Source of the DNA: a virus
Lineage: Duplodnaviria > Caudoviricetes
Length of the DNA stretch: 38,664 nucleotides
Virus record (IMG/VR): IMGVR_UViG_3300030397_000353
Location: 1-38,664 of that record
Strand: one strand, 5' to 3'
Part shown: piece after piece, positions 15,006 to 24,587 of the stretch
How the letters are laid out: the number at the start of each line of letters is the position of its first letter
Position numbering within the stretch: position 1 is the stretch's first letter
Position numbers and translations under genes: made by a program
The notes under the pieces: model-generated
The model's input: the letters and a program-made list of their open reading frames with translations, nothing else
The model's database searches: none
What the model was told of the DNA's origin: nothing

Positions 15006-17309
15006 ATGACTGTTTCTATAGTTTCCGGTATTCCAATTTACGCTGGCCCGCTTGACATCGTAACCAGCATCCAAGCTCCTAACATTCCCGGTGGTGGAAC
15101 CCTCGGCATCGGTGACATTCTCGGTCTCCAATCTGCACTTGATTCCAAGCTGGAAGATGTCATTGGCACTATTGCTCCACTGACCACCAACGTTACCATT
15201 ACTGGTGCTGAACTCAATCATCTTGGTGGCGTAACTTCCGCTATCCAAACACAGCTTGATGGGAAGGTTGATATCCTTGGTGACACGATGGGTGGAAACC
15301 TTGCCTTCGGTCCCGGTGCAGCCGTTGAAGCCGATGCAGGAACCTCGGCACTCCCAAGCATCTCATGCGTTGGTGATCTCGACACTGGTTTTTTCTGGCC
15401 AGCAGCCGATACACTCGGTATCTCCGTTGGTGCGTTGGATGCATTCCGCATTCTACCAACTGGTCTTCTCCAATCCCAAGTAGCAACTTACGAAACTCTC
15501 GTTGTAGCGGATGACGATATTCCGAACAAGCGATACGTTGACGATGCTATTTCTGTTGCGATTGGTGGTCCATTCCTGCCGCTAGCCGGTGGAGTCATGA
15601 CAGGCGACATCGACTTGGATGGTGTGGCATCTCTGGTTTTGGATGCTGACGGTGATACGCTGATTAGCTCACTTGTTGATGACACTCTGAATATTGCCGT
15701 TGGTGGTGGTGTTGTCTTCATCATGGATGGCACGAATATTGATGTAGTTGGTCAGGGAATCAGTAATGTTCTCGATCCGGTTCTTGCACAAGATGCTGCG
15801 ACTAGAAATTACGTTGATACCGAAATCGTCGCACTTGGCCTCGGACCAACTACTGGACCATATCTCCCACTGTCTGGTGTTGACGCCATGACCGGTGCTC
15901 TTGATATGGGCACAAACCAAATCAACAACGTTGTTGATCCGACCGCAGCACAAGATGCTGCAACAATGAATTACGTCGATACCGAAATCCTAGCACTTGG
16001 TCTCGGTGGTGCAACTGGTCCGTTCCTCGAACTGGCTGGTGGTACCATGGGCGGCAATATCGCTATGGGTGGCAACGGCATTACTGGCCTCGTTGATCCG
16101 ACTGCGGCCCAAGACGCCGCTACCATGAACTATGTTGACACTGAGATTATTGCTTTGAATCTTGGTGGAACCCTCGGTCCGTATCTACCACTGTCTGGCG
16201 TAGATGCTATGACCGGTGCTCTTGATATGGGCACAAACCAAATCAACAATGTTGTCGATCCTACACTGGCCCAAGACGCGGCCACCATGAACTACGTCGA
16301 TACCGAGATTCTTGCTCTGGGTCTTGGCGGTGCAACTGGTCCGTTCCTCGAACTGGCTGGTGGTACAATGGGCGGCGATATCGCCATGGGTGGTAATGGT
16401 ATTACTGGTCTGGTTGATCCTACACTGGCCCAAGACGCGGCCACCATGAACTACGTCGATACCCAGATTCCTCTGGTAGCACTGCCTCTGGCTGGTGGTA
16501 CTATGACTGGCAACATCGCTATGGGTGGCAACGGCATTACTGGTCTCGTTGACCCAACTGCGGCACAAGATGCAGCCACAATGAACTACGTTGACACCGA
16601 AATTACCAACCTGTCATCCGGTGGTACATTCCTTGCGGTAGCTGGTGGTACCATGACTGGTGACCTCATCACTGATACGGGTGTTCAGTTTAGCGCTGAT
16701 TCCGGGACCATTGGTGCTCCCGCATACTCTTTCACTGGTGATCTGGATAGTGGTTTCTGGTGGGATGGTACGAACCTACGTATGTCCATCGGTGGTGCCA
16801 GCGCATTGACTGTTGCTGACTCTGGTGGTGCAAACGAACTCGATGTCCATGGCCGTCAAGTTGTCGGTGTTGCTGATCCAACAGATGATGATCATGCAGT
16901 AACCCGTGGTTATCTCGATGCGCAAAACATGGTTAAGCTGCTTGGTTCTGTTTCTGGTGTTGATCTTCTAGCTACGGGGACCACTCCAGTTTACACAATC
17001 CCGGCTGGAAGCATGCACGTCGTAACGCAAGTTATTGTTCGTGCAACCTCCTATACCCCGGGTGGTGCTCCGACCAACCCGTCGGCTTCTATCGGCCTGT
17101 CTGGCGCATTTGACCAGATTGTTGATACGAGTGTATTGGACTGGGGTGGCACTTCCGGCGCTGGTGACCAAGTTGTTTACCTACAGCCAAAGGACGGTGC
17201 AGATTCACCAAACGCAGGTAATACAATCTCGTTTCAAGTAGATACAGCAGGTGGCGGTACTTTTTCTGCCCTCGAAGCGACCATTTATATTTTAGGAATT
17301 GAACTATAA
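15006..17309 (+). CDS. Tail fibre-like protein with internal repeats
   Basis: G/T/D-rich. Contains LQSALDSK, LPLAGGTMTG and six DPxxAQDAATxNYVDT repeats typical of phage fibre shafts. Confidence 0.85.
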   Translation: MTVSIVSGIPIYAGPLDIVTSIQAPNIPGGGTLGIGDILGLQSALDSKLEDVIGTIAPLTTNVTITGAELNHLGGVTSAIQTQLDGKVDILGDTMGGNLAFGPGAAVEADAGTSALPSISCVGDLDTGFFWPAADTLGISVGALDAFRILPTGLLQSQVATYETLVVADDDIPNKRYVDDAISVAIGGPFLPLAGGVMTGDIDLDGVASLVLDADGDTLISSLVDDTLNIAVGGGVVFIMDGTNIDVVGQGISNVLDPVLAQDAATRNYVDTEIVALGLGPTTGPYLPLSGVDAMTGALDMGTNQINNVVDPTAAQDAATMNYVDTEILALGLGGATGPFLELAGGTMGGNIAMGGNGITGLVDPTAAQDAATMNYVDTEIIALNLGGTLGPYLPLSGVDAMTGALDMGTNQINNVVDPTLAQDAATMNYVDTEILALGLGGATGPFLELAGGTMGGDIAMGGNGITGLVDPTLAQDAATMNYVDTQIPLVALPLAGGTMTGNIAMGGNGITGLVDPTAAQDAATMNYVDTEITNLSSGGTFLAVAGGTMTGDLITDTGVQFSADSGTIGAPAYSFTGDLDSGFWWDGTNLRMSIGGASALTVADSGGANELDVHGRQVVGVADPTDDDHAVTRGYLDAQNMVKLLGSVSGVDLLATGTTPVYTIPAGSMHVVTQVIVRATSYTPGGAPTNPSASIGLSGAFDQIVDTSVLDWGGTSGAGDQVVYLQPKDGADSPNAGNTISFQVDTAGGGTFSALEATIYILGIEL
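15855..16600 (+). repeat. Tandem coding repeats, 321-bp higher-order unit made of two ~160-bp subunits
   Basis: GPYLPLSGVDAMTG starts at 15855 and again at 16176. An exact 48-nt duplicate occurs at 16257-16304 and 16416-16463. Confidence 0.9.
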
Positions 17310-17716
17310 TGCTTGATAGCACCACACTGGCACAGATCGAGGAAACTCGTGCTGAGCATGAGTTTCTTACCTTCTTAGTCCTGATGTCAGGCGATGTGAG
17401 AGTAGGAATTGTCCAAAACGAATCACCCAAAATGGTTCATTTCTACGATTTCGGAAAAATACGCGATGCCGAACTTCAGAAGAAATTTCTGGAGTTGGGC
17501 GATTCGTGGTGGTGGGGCAGCAATCAAGCCCTACCCGTGGATTCCTTCATCGGTGAAGAATTCGATGTGTTCGGCTCGGCCCTAACAGGATATCCCAAAA
17601 AGTCAATCGACGATATGTACGGCCCCACCATCTCCCTCCAAGAACAATACCTAAAAAGAGTCAAGAAAAAGAAAATCGAAATAGTAAACAGAACACAACT
17701 CGCAAGTGCTCTGTAA
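17309..17716 (+). CDS. Hypothetical protein
   Basis: Coupled to the fibre stop (TAATG); WWW motif, basic C-terminus. Confidence 0.7.
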   Translation: MLDSTTLAQIEETRAEHEFLTFLVLMSGDVRVGIVQNESPKMVHFYDFGKIRDAELQKKFLELGDSWWWGSNQALPVDSFIGEEFDVFGSALTGYPKKSIDDMYGPTISLQEQYLKRVKKKKIEIVNRTQLASAL

Positions 17717-17727
17717 CCCCAAAAACG

Positions 17728-17733
17728 TAAATA
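17728..17733 (+). promoter_or_regulatory. Late-type TAAATA box
   Basis: In the 50-nt gap before the second fibre gene. Confidence 0.6.
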
Positions 17734-17766
17734 GATATTAAACTACATCCGCAAAGAGAACGGTAA

Positions 17767-19800
17767 ATGTCTATCTACACTGCCCGCACAACAGGGGGTG
17801 GAACCGACGCAGTCGGAACAACCCTTCAAACCTTCCGACTTGGACTGATAGGTCCGACTATCTACAGTGGCTCTGCTGACCCAACTGTTACTCCGCCGAC
17901 TCCTATGGATGATGGATTTCGTAACGGTGATCTGTATGTTCGAACAACCGCTGGTGGTTCTGCCATATGGGTGCACGACACACTCGTTTGGACACAAATC
18001 GCTTCCGGTTCCGGTGGTGGTTCTTTTGCCGGTGACATAATCCTAACCTCGGGTGCCCAACTACTGGGAGACCCCGCTGCCGATGAAACTGCTCCCGCAT
18101 TCGCATTCGACGGCGATACGGATACTGGCATTTATCAGGTAGGTGCAGACGAGCTAGGGTTCTCGACTGGCGGAACACAAGCATTTATCATCGAGTCTGA
18201 CGGAACTCTGGCATCCACGATAGCTGGTTATGAATCTCTGGTTCTGGCCGATAACGATATACCCAATCGTCGGTACGTTGAAGATACGTTTATCAATGTA
18301 GCTGGCGATACTATGACCGGTAGTCTGACACTGGATACCGGTGCTCAGCTTTTGGCCGATGTGGGCTCTGCTGGTTCTCCAGCTATTTCATTTGCCGCCG
18401 ATGCTGATAATGGTTTCTACCGTGTCGGTGCAGACACCATTGGATATTCGGCAGGTGGTGCCCAAATTGCAAGCTTCATTGCCGACGGAATCCGTATGGA
18501 AAACGGAGCACAATTTGTCGGAGCGGGGAACACGGCTGCGGCTCCGGACTTCACTTTCTTTGCTGACTTGGATACTGGTGTATTCAGTGATGCGGTTGGT
18601 GCTACTGCAATTTCTTCCGCAGGAATAGAAACGATCCGATTCAGTTCTTCTTCTGCAACCGGTTCCCTTCTATGGCAAGGTGGTGATGGTGCTGTTGGCA
18701 CACCAGCTATTTCTTTCAGTGGCGATACCGATACCGGTTGGTTCCGCACGGGTACTGGTGCTATTGCATTCAGTTCCGATGGATCGAATGTATTGGGTCT
18801 GACAGGAACACTAGCAACTGGTAGCCTTACATGGCAAGGTGGCGACGGTACCGTTGGTTCGCCGGGTATCTCATTTTCTAGTGACCCAGACAGTGGTATC
18901 TACCGCGTTAGTTCTGATGTCATCGGTTTCGTTGCTGCTGGTACCGAAACATTTCGCATTACTGATACCCACCTTCAGGGACGTGACGGTGCTATCGGAA
19001 ACCCAACTTATTCTTTCCTCAGTGAAACCAACACCGGTATGTACCTTGAAGGTGCTGGTCTTCTTGGTTTTAGTGTGGTCGGAACCGAGAGAATGCGGCT
19101 GACCGCAATCGATGCCCGCTTCTTGGAACCTCTACGTGGACCAGTGGCATCACCTACGACCCCAACCTTCTCGTTTACTACGGACGAGGACAGCGGTATG
19201 TATTCGGTAGCTGCCAACGAACTCGGTTTTGCGACAGGCAGTTCCCTTCGCTGGAGCATCAATGCAGCAGGTGACTGGTTGCCCGCCGCGTCTGGTGCAG
19301 ATATCGCAACATCCGGTACACGGATGGGAACCGTCTACGCAACGACCTTTGATGGTACCGCCACCGCTGCTCAGTATTCTGACTTGGCGGAACGTTATTC
19401 CGTTGGTAGTTGCTGTTCTCTGAAACCGGGTGATGTTGTTATTATTTGTGACCATGAAGAGCACGACATTTGTAAGTCATCCAAGCAAAACGACGACCGA
19501 GTTCTGGGTGTTGTTTCTACCGCTCCGGGATTCATGATGAACTCTGAAGCTGGAGATGATGATACAGCGCCGTATATAGCCCTACGCGGGCGTGTACCCG
19601 TCAAGGTAGTTGGTACAGTGAAGAAGGGTGATCTCCTCGTAACGAGCAATACAGACGGTGTGGCGCGTGCTGTAACCGCTGACGAGAAGAGCCGCAATGT
19701 GGTCAACTCACATGCAGTATTTGGAAAGGCATTGTCTTCGTATGATTCAGTAGAAGCTACGACCGGGAATGTTGGTTCCGTAGAGGCAGTAATCCTCTAA
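17767..19800 (+). CDS. Tail fibre protein with C-terminal chaperone/autoprotease-like domain
   Basis: Seven P-x-x-(S/T/A)F-x-x-D-x-D(T/S)G repeats. C-terminal AQYSDLAERY...PGDVV...VLGVVST.PG..MN...IALRGRVPVKV.G.V.KGDLLV. Confidence 0.85.
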   Translation: MSIYTARTTGGGTDAVGTTLQTFRLGLIGPTIYSGSADPTVTPPTPMDDGFRNGDLYVRTTAGGSAIWVHDTLVWTQIASGSGGGSFAGDIILTSGAQLLGDPAADETAPAFAFDGDTDTGIYQVGADELGFSTGGTQAFIIESDGTLASTIAGYESLVLADNDIPNRRYVEDTFINVAGDTMTGSLTLDTGAQLLADVGSAGSPAISFAADADNGFYRVGADTIGYSAGGAQIASFIADGIRMENGAQFVGAGNTAAAPDFTFFADLDTGVFSDAVGATAISSAGIETIRFSSSSATGSLLWQGGDGAVGTPAISFSGDTDTGWFRTGTGAIAFSSDGSNVLGLTGTLATGSLTWQGGDGTVGSPGISFSSDPDSGIYRVSSDVIGFVAAGTETFRITDTHLQGRDGAIGNPTYSFLSETNTGMYLEGAGLLGFSVVGTERMRLTAIDARFLEPLRGPVASPTTPTFSFTTDEDSGMYSVAANELGFATGSSLRWSINAAGDWLPAASGADIATSGTRMGTVYATTFDGTATAAQYSDLAERYSVGSCCSLKPGDVVIICDHEEHDICKSSKQNDDRVLGVVSTAPGFMMNSEAGDDDTAPYIALRGRVPVKVVGTVKKGDLLVTSNTDGVARAVTADEKSRNVVNSHAVFGKALSSYDSVEATTGNVGSVEAVIL

Positions 19801-20435
19801 ATGAAATACTCTTCAGCTTCGCCAAGTTGTCTGGCGATCAACTGGGCGTGAAGTACAACAAGGACTCCGAAAGCAACCGCGTGGCTTTTCTTAAAGAAAT
19901 AGTGTTGGTCATCTTCTGAGTCCAGCTTCTTCCACACGGTATCCACGATGGTTTCCCATGGTTGTCCCACGAGGTATTTCTTCCTCGGACGAATCAACGC
20001 CAGAAGGCAAGCGATGTCTTCCACGGATTGAGGTGGATACATTTCACACAGGTGGTGATAATTCGCGAGGTGGGTGAGTTGATAACGCCGATCCTCTGCC
20101 TCAAAGAATCGTTTGTCTTGGAACCACTCCCAGTTGATTGGGGCTTCCAGTAAACTCTCAAGCTCTTCGTTTGATTCCACCAAGTCATATACGTGATTCG
20201 GAATTAGGTCTACCTTGAAGAACCCAATAAATTCTGCTTCCTTGTATGGGAATGCCGACAATTTGGTCACCGGGTCTACCGGGATATCCTGAAAATAAAT
20301 CCCGGTATTATGCGGAACCAAAACGGCATCGTTGTTGACCTGTGATGCTTGAACATAATTACGCAACGCAGTGAGTGCTTGGTCTCTATCACTCACGTCC
20401 AAATCAACGTCGGGTATTTCTATGTCAGGAAGCAT
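19797..20435 (-). CDS. Minimal DNA polymerase III alpha (DnaE)-like protein
   Basis: PDVDLD (cf. DnaE PDIDID), HNTGIY (cf. HAAGVV), FFKVDLI (cf. LVKFDFL), LALIRP (cf. ALYRPG), YFFKKSHAVAF (cf. YGFNKSHSAAY), all within 212 aa. Confidence 0.8.
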   Translation of the reverse strand: MLPDIEIPDVDLDVSDRDQALTALRNYVQASQVNNDAVLVPHNTGIYFQDIPVDPVTKLSAFPYKEAEFIGFFKVDLIPNHVYDLVESNEELESLLEAPINWEWFQDKRFFEAEDRRYQLTHLANYHHLCEMYPPQSVEDIACLLALIRPRKKYLVGQPWETIVDTVWKKLDSEDDQHYFFKKSHAVAFGVLVVLHAQLIARQLGEAEEYFI

Positions 20436-21129
20436 TCAGCCTCTCGGTCATAACTTCGTTAACCTTTTCCACTCCTTCCGTATCCGCTGCGGTTTTATCC
20501 ATCCAGTATTCAACGTTGATGTGATCGTTCAAGGCAAACAACATTTCTTGTTTGAAGCGTGAAGTAAGTTTGTCCAGACACGGCTGATAGGTAAGCAATA
20601 CCCATGGGCTTAGCTTATTCTCTTTGACCATATTCATGGCCTGACCCGGTGTGATGGTTGAGAAGAATTCCGGCATCTCGATACCGTTATCCGAACACCA
20701 CAGCCGAATGTTTTTACAAGTCGTTTCTGCTTGTTGTTCGGGTTCCTCGGTGGACCGGATGTACTCTCGGTATTCTCCGAGGTCACGCGGGTTGCACCAC
20801 TTTGCTTCGGGAACCTTGTTCTCCACCAACCAGTCGATGTATTTGAATGCGGAAACAACATACTCCTTGGATGTGAATTCGGCAAGCTTGGTAAAGGCAC
20901 CAAAGAATGGTGACTTACAAAATTCTTCCATGGTCTTTTCAGTACCACGGCGAGTTAGTCGTGTTCGCATTTGCCAATGAGTAAACAGGCGGTGCGCTTT
21001 GATGGTCGTAATATTATTACTGGCCATGAAGCGTTCTTTCTTGTCACACATGTGCTTTTCAAACCACGTTTTTCTTACGAAGGTTCGTTGGCAAAATGTG
21101 CACTTGTACTTTCTCTCTTTAAGTCCCAT
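20425..21129 (-). CDS. Hypothetical protein with N-terminal Zn finger
   Basis: YKCTFCQRTFVRKTWFEKHMC (C2HC/C2H2-like). Confidence 0.7.
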   Translation of the reverse strand: MGLKERKYKCTFCQRTFVRKTWFEKHMCDKKERFMASNNITTIKAHRLFTHWQMRTRLTRRGTEKTMEEFCKSPFFGAFTKLAEFTSKEYVVSAFKYIDWLVENKVPEAKWCNPRDLGEYREYIRSTEEPEQQAETTCKNIRLWCSDNGIEMPEFFSTITPGQAMNMVKENKLSPWVLLTYQPCLDKLTSRFKQEMLFALNDHINVEYWMDKTAADTEGVEKVNEVMTERLNAS

Positions 21130-21623
21130 TAGCCTTTCCTCAATGCATCAAATGATTTAGTCAATTCCTTGACTTCTTTTTCCTGATATCCGAGCGATTG
21201 CGCGAGATGAACCAAGTCATCCGACGTTGCATGGCGAACCCACATTGCCGCTTCTCCCTCCCGGACATCAACATACTTACTTTCCAACAACTTCATGATC
21301 TTGCTAAGATTTGGAGAATTTTGCGGCTTGTAGTATTTGTGTCGGGTTTTCCCGACCCCACAGCACGCCAGCAGTTTTGCTTGTAACTCCGGATGTCCGT
21401 ATAGATTGAACCATCCATCATTACAAAACTCGTTAAAGTTGTCAATCAACTCCGCATGCACAGAATCGTTGGTAGCGCCCGTCATCCATTGTGGAAGCAT
21501 CCACGATACGTTGCGTTCGAGTTCTTTCAACATCTCGGAGTCTTCCCGGAGTGCTTCATACACACCAAGATTGTTCTCATCAAGATAAGACAGAACTGCA
21601 AAGATGTCGAGCTTAGCTGCCAT
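21129..21623 (-). CDS. Hypothetical protein, possible clamp-loader small subunit (gp62-like)
   Basis: Size, replication context and the N..WFNL..HPELQ.KLL...G.GK..H.Y pattern. Tentative. Confidence 0.45.
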   Translation of the reverse strand: MAAKLDIFAVLSYLDENNLGVYEALREDSEMLKELERNVSWMLPQWMTGATNDSVHAELIDNFNEFCNDGWFNLYGHPELQAKLLACCGVGKTRHKYYKPQNSPNLSKIMKLLESKYVDVREGEAAMWVRHATSDDLVHLAQSLGYQEKEVKELTKSFDALRKG

Positions 21624-21934
21624 TACTTCGGAGGTGAAATGGTTGCGTCAATGGTTTCCCAACGATTTGCCACAACGGTGTAATCATCCGGCTGGTCGGA
21701 AGGGATATCAGTATCAAGGATTTTGATATCTTTGACATTTTCCATGTTGTATCGTGCAGGGTGCGAACCACCGCCACCAACAACCTGTTGGCCAAAAACA
21801 GCGTCCTTGTCGTTGGATGCATGACCGACAGTGAACGGGTAGAACAGGCGTGTCTTCTCGCCCTTGTCCTTCGACTCGTAGGTTACTTCGACAACCTTAC
21901 GGGTGCGGATCGCTTCGATTAGTTTCTCTTTCAT
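21623..21934 (-). CDS. Stand-alone WYL-domain-like protein
   Basis: LIEAIRTRKVVEVTY...TRLFYPFTVG...RYNMENVKDIKILD matches the WYL pattern; TAAGGAG SD. Confidence 0.65.
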   Translation of the reverse strand: MKEKLIEAIRTRKVVEVTYESKDKGEKTRLFYPFTVGHASNDKDAVFGQQVVGGGGSHPARYNMENVKDIKILDTDIPSDQPDDYTVVANRWETIDATISPPK

Positions 21935-21944
21935 TTTTGGCTCC

Positions 21945-22463
21945 TTACCAAATATCGCCTATCGGTTTGTAAACTTCAACCTTACTGGATGAGAATATAG
22001 CACACAATGGCCCTCTTTCGACAGCCCCATGAAGATGCGGTCTTGTGGTTTCTCCAATCGGAACAACCAAAAGGTCTTTATCGTTCATTTGTGGCGTCGT
22101 CCAGTTTGCGGTTGGGAAGATTGTTCCCTGACGTACAGGTAAGAACTCTGGGCGAAATCCGTCGATAGGGTTAACGCAAAACGCCGAAAAATCTTTTCCA
22201 ATTGCGAGTTCATACAATGGAATCGAATGTAGATATTCCAAGTCCGTACAAATGATGGACCAGTGAAGAGGCATCACGATTTCGTGTCCTCCAACCCTCA
22301 GTGTTACCGAGGCTGATGAAAATTCTTCAAGAAATTCTATTTCATTGAAGAAGAAATCAGGATAGGCCGGGTCTTGAAAACTGAGTACACTGTGGTGGAC
22401 ATTATCTCCCACCTTCATTGTATCAGTGTTGAGAACTTCGTTCTCAGCCGTCAGAATTAGCAT
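21945..22463 (-). CDS. Hypothetical protein
   Basis: Likely start MLILTAEN at 22463; overlaps the UvsW end. Confidence 0.65.
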   Translation of the reverse strand: MLILTAENEVLNTDTMKVGDNVHHSVLSFQDPAYPDFFFNEIEFLEEFSSASVTLRVGGHEIVMPLHWSIICTDLEYLHSIPLYELAIGKDFSAFCVNPIDGFRPEFLPVRQGTIFPTANWTTPQMNDKDLLVVPIGETTRPHLHGAVERGPLCAIFSSSKVEVYKPIGDIW

Positions 22464-23895
22464 CGTAATACTCCACGTCAATTACGTTTAATGTTTGTTG
22501 AGCGTCTTTGTAATAAGTTCTTCTTGTCGCCGCGTGCTTCTTACTTAATCCCCCATCACCACAAATGTCAAATATGTTGATGTAGCGTTTGTCTTCGGCT
22601 GTTCGAAAACCACGTCCGAGGGTTTGCATTACTTTTTCAAATTTCTTTCCGGGCTCAATTAGAACCAGATTGAAAATGCGGGGGATATCAATACCGGTCG
22701 AAGCGATGCCGTATGTGCAAATCAATATCCCGTTGTTGCCGCTGTTAAACTCTTCGTAGAATTCTCTTCGGTCTTTGTTTCTACCGTCAAGCGACACCGC
22801 TTCCGGAAGCAACTTCGCCAGCTTCTTTCCGTGATCGCGGTACTGAACCAACACCAACGTGTTGCCATATTCTTCGGTGACCATTTCAATGGTCTCTGCC
22901 ATATACGCAAGGCGTTGTTTATCAGAGAACATCCAGTCGAGTTCGTCTTTCCAGACTTCGGTATATTTCTGAGCCTTCTCCCATTCCGGATTTTTATCAT
23001 CCGCCAACTTCATTTGGAATACATTCGATTCTGCCAACACCCCAAGGTCTTGCAGATACTTCGAGCGAACGACGTAGATGTGGCTACCGATTGTTCCTTC
23101 GATTTGTTTTCTGAACAGGTCTTCCTTCGGGAGGGTACCTGTACAACCAAAACGGAATGGAACATTTGCTGCCGGACCAGAAAGCATCTCGCTCAATACT
23201 TTCGCTTTGGCTTGGTGAACCTCGTCCACGATTACACAAATAACTTCGTTGAACAGTTCGGGGAAATGGTCAAGACTTTGCCAAGTCGCTATGGTTACAT
23301 CGCCACGCTCTTTTCGATCACCGTACCATATTCCCGCATCAACACCCACACGGGTTTTGAATTCGTAATGGGTTTGCAAAATCAAGTCGATGCTCGGAAC
23401 GATGACAACAACACGACCGAATTGGGACCATATTCTAGACATGATTCCGCAGATAATAGTTTTACCTGCACCTGTGGCAAGTTCGAGGACGCCCTGTCCA
23501 CATTGAATCGCGGTGTTAACTGCGGTGACTTGGTGTTTCCAAAGGGTTATTGGATTTCCTTCACGATCCACGAAGTCGCTTAGGTAGGTATCGTCTATGT
23601 ATTGTAGTTTGTCTGAAACAGTATCAACCCAAGTGCGACGATCATCGATTTCAATGTCGTAACCTTCATGAACCAAAATGGGGTCAATGTATTGAACTAA
23701 ATTGAATTGCGTGAAGCCAGAAGCTTGCATCAAACGGATACGCCCGTCCCACCAGCCAAGTTTTACCTTCGCCATGTGGACGTATCCCGGGACGTAGTAT
23801 GTCAGTTCTTCCTGACATGCATGCAGGGTTTCGGGATCGAGACCCCTTAACTGAACATTGACCTCGTCATGTATTACAAGCTTCGCTGTTGGCAT
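22444..23895 (-). CDS. uvsW: UvsW-like SF2 DNA helicase
   Basis: GWWDGRIRL, LATGAGKT, ATWQSL, VDEVHQAKA, GCTGT, STGIDIP, QTLGRGFR. Confidence 0.92.
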   Translation of the reverse strand: MPTAKLVIHDEVNVQLRGLDPETLHACQEELTYYVPGYVHMAKVKLGWWDGRIRLMQASGFTQFNLVQYIDPILVHEGYDIEIDDRRTWVDTVSDKLQYIDDTYLSDFVDREGNPITLWKHQVTAVNTAIQCGQGVLELATGAGKTIICGIMSRIWSQFGRVVVIVPSIDLILQTHYEFKTRVGVDAGIWYGDRKERGDVTIATWQSLDHFPELFNEVICVIVDEVHQAKAKVLSEMLSGPAANVPFRFGCTGTLPKEDLFRKQIEGTIGSHIYVVRSKYLQDLGVLAESNVFQMKLADDKNPEWEKAQKYTEVWKDELDWMFSDKQRLAYMAETIEMVTEEYGNTLVLVQYRDHGKKLAKLLPEAVSLDGRNKDRREFYEEFNSGNNGILICTYGIASTGIDIPRIFNLVLIEPGKKFEKVMQTLGRGFRTAEDKRYINIFDICGDGGLSKKHAATRRTYYKDAQQTLNVIDVEYYDANSDG

Positions 23896-24587
23896 TAGAA
23901 TAATTCATTATATCGGGTGAGCCATGCCCCCTCAGACTGTTCCCAGACATTCTCTCTCGGACACGCGGCTACCCATGAAATGTATTCCTTATCCTGCGAG
24001 TGTTCAAGTTTCTCAGCATCCCACCCGTAAAGTCCATTTGATTTGGCTTTATAGATTGGAAGCATGTCTCCCCAAACATTCATTTCGCACCAACTTATCT
24101 TCAAATCGTAGAACAGAAACTCGTCGTTGTCCATTAATGCGAAGTCAACACCGAAGTATTCGAAGCAAGCTTTAAGTAGTTTGCGCTCGATGGCCTCATA
24201 CACACTCTTAAACGGCTCCTGTCGCCGTATGGGACGAGGAATATCTTTCAGGAAGGCTTCGGATGCATCATGAATTAACGCCGCCTGAGCGTATTTCTCG
24301 GGCACCAGATGACTAAGTGCCATTGAGTGCCATGCTACCGTGTACGGGATTGGTGATTGATTTCCGTATCTGCATTCGGTCGCTAGACCACGGGCTACAG
24401 ATTCTACATCAATCTCATCGGGATACGGGTCTAATGGCCAAATGAATTTTCCACCAACGGTCTGAAGTGCATGACCCAATTCGCGACCGCGCATTGGTTG
24501 CCAGCCCGTACCGTTGAAAATGTGGTTCTCTCCGTTTATCTCAGCGAATTGACCGGGCTCAGGTGTTGTCTGTTTCGCGTGTTCCAT
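23895..24587 (-). CDS. HD-domain phosphohydrolase (YfbR/YfdR-like 5'-deoxynucleotidase)
   Basis: LATECRYGNQ...YTVAWHS...ALIHDASEAFLKDIPRPIR. Confidence 0.85.
   Translation of the reverse strand: MEHAKQTTPEPGQFAEINGENHIFNGTGWQPMRGRELGHALQTVGGKFIWPLDPYPDEIDVESVARGLATECRYGNQSPIPYTVAWHSMALSHLVPEKYAQAALIHDASEAFLKDIPRPIRRQEPFKSVYEAIERKLLKACFEYFGVDFALMDNDEFLFYDLKISWCEMNVWGDMLPIYKAKSNGLYGWDAEKLEHSQDKEYISWVAACPRENVWEQSEGAWLTRYNELF

Noticed and set aside
15855-16600. Possible DGR template/variable repeat pair
   Set aside because: Repeats are in-frame tandem coding units, differences are not adenine-specific, and no reverse transcriptase is present in the window.
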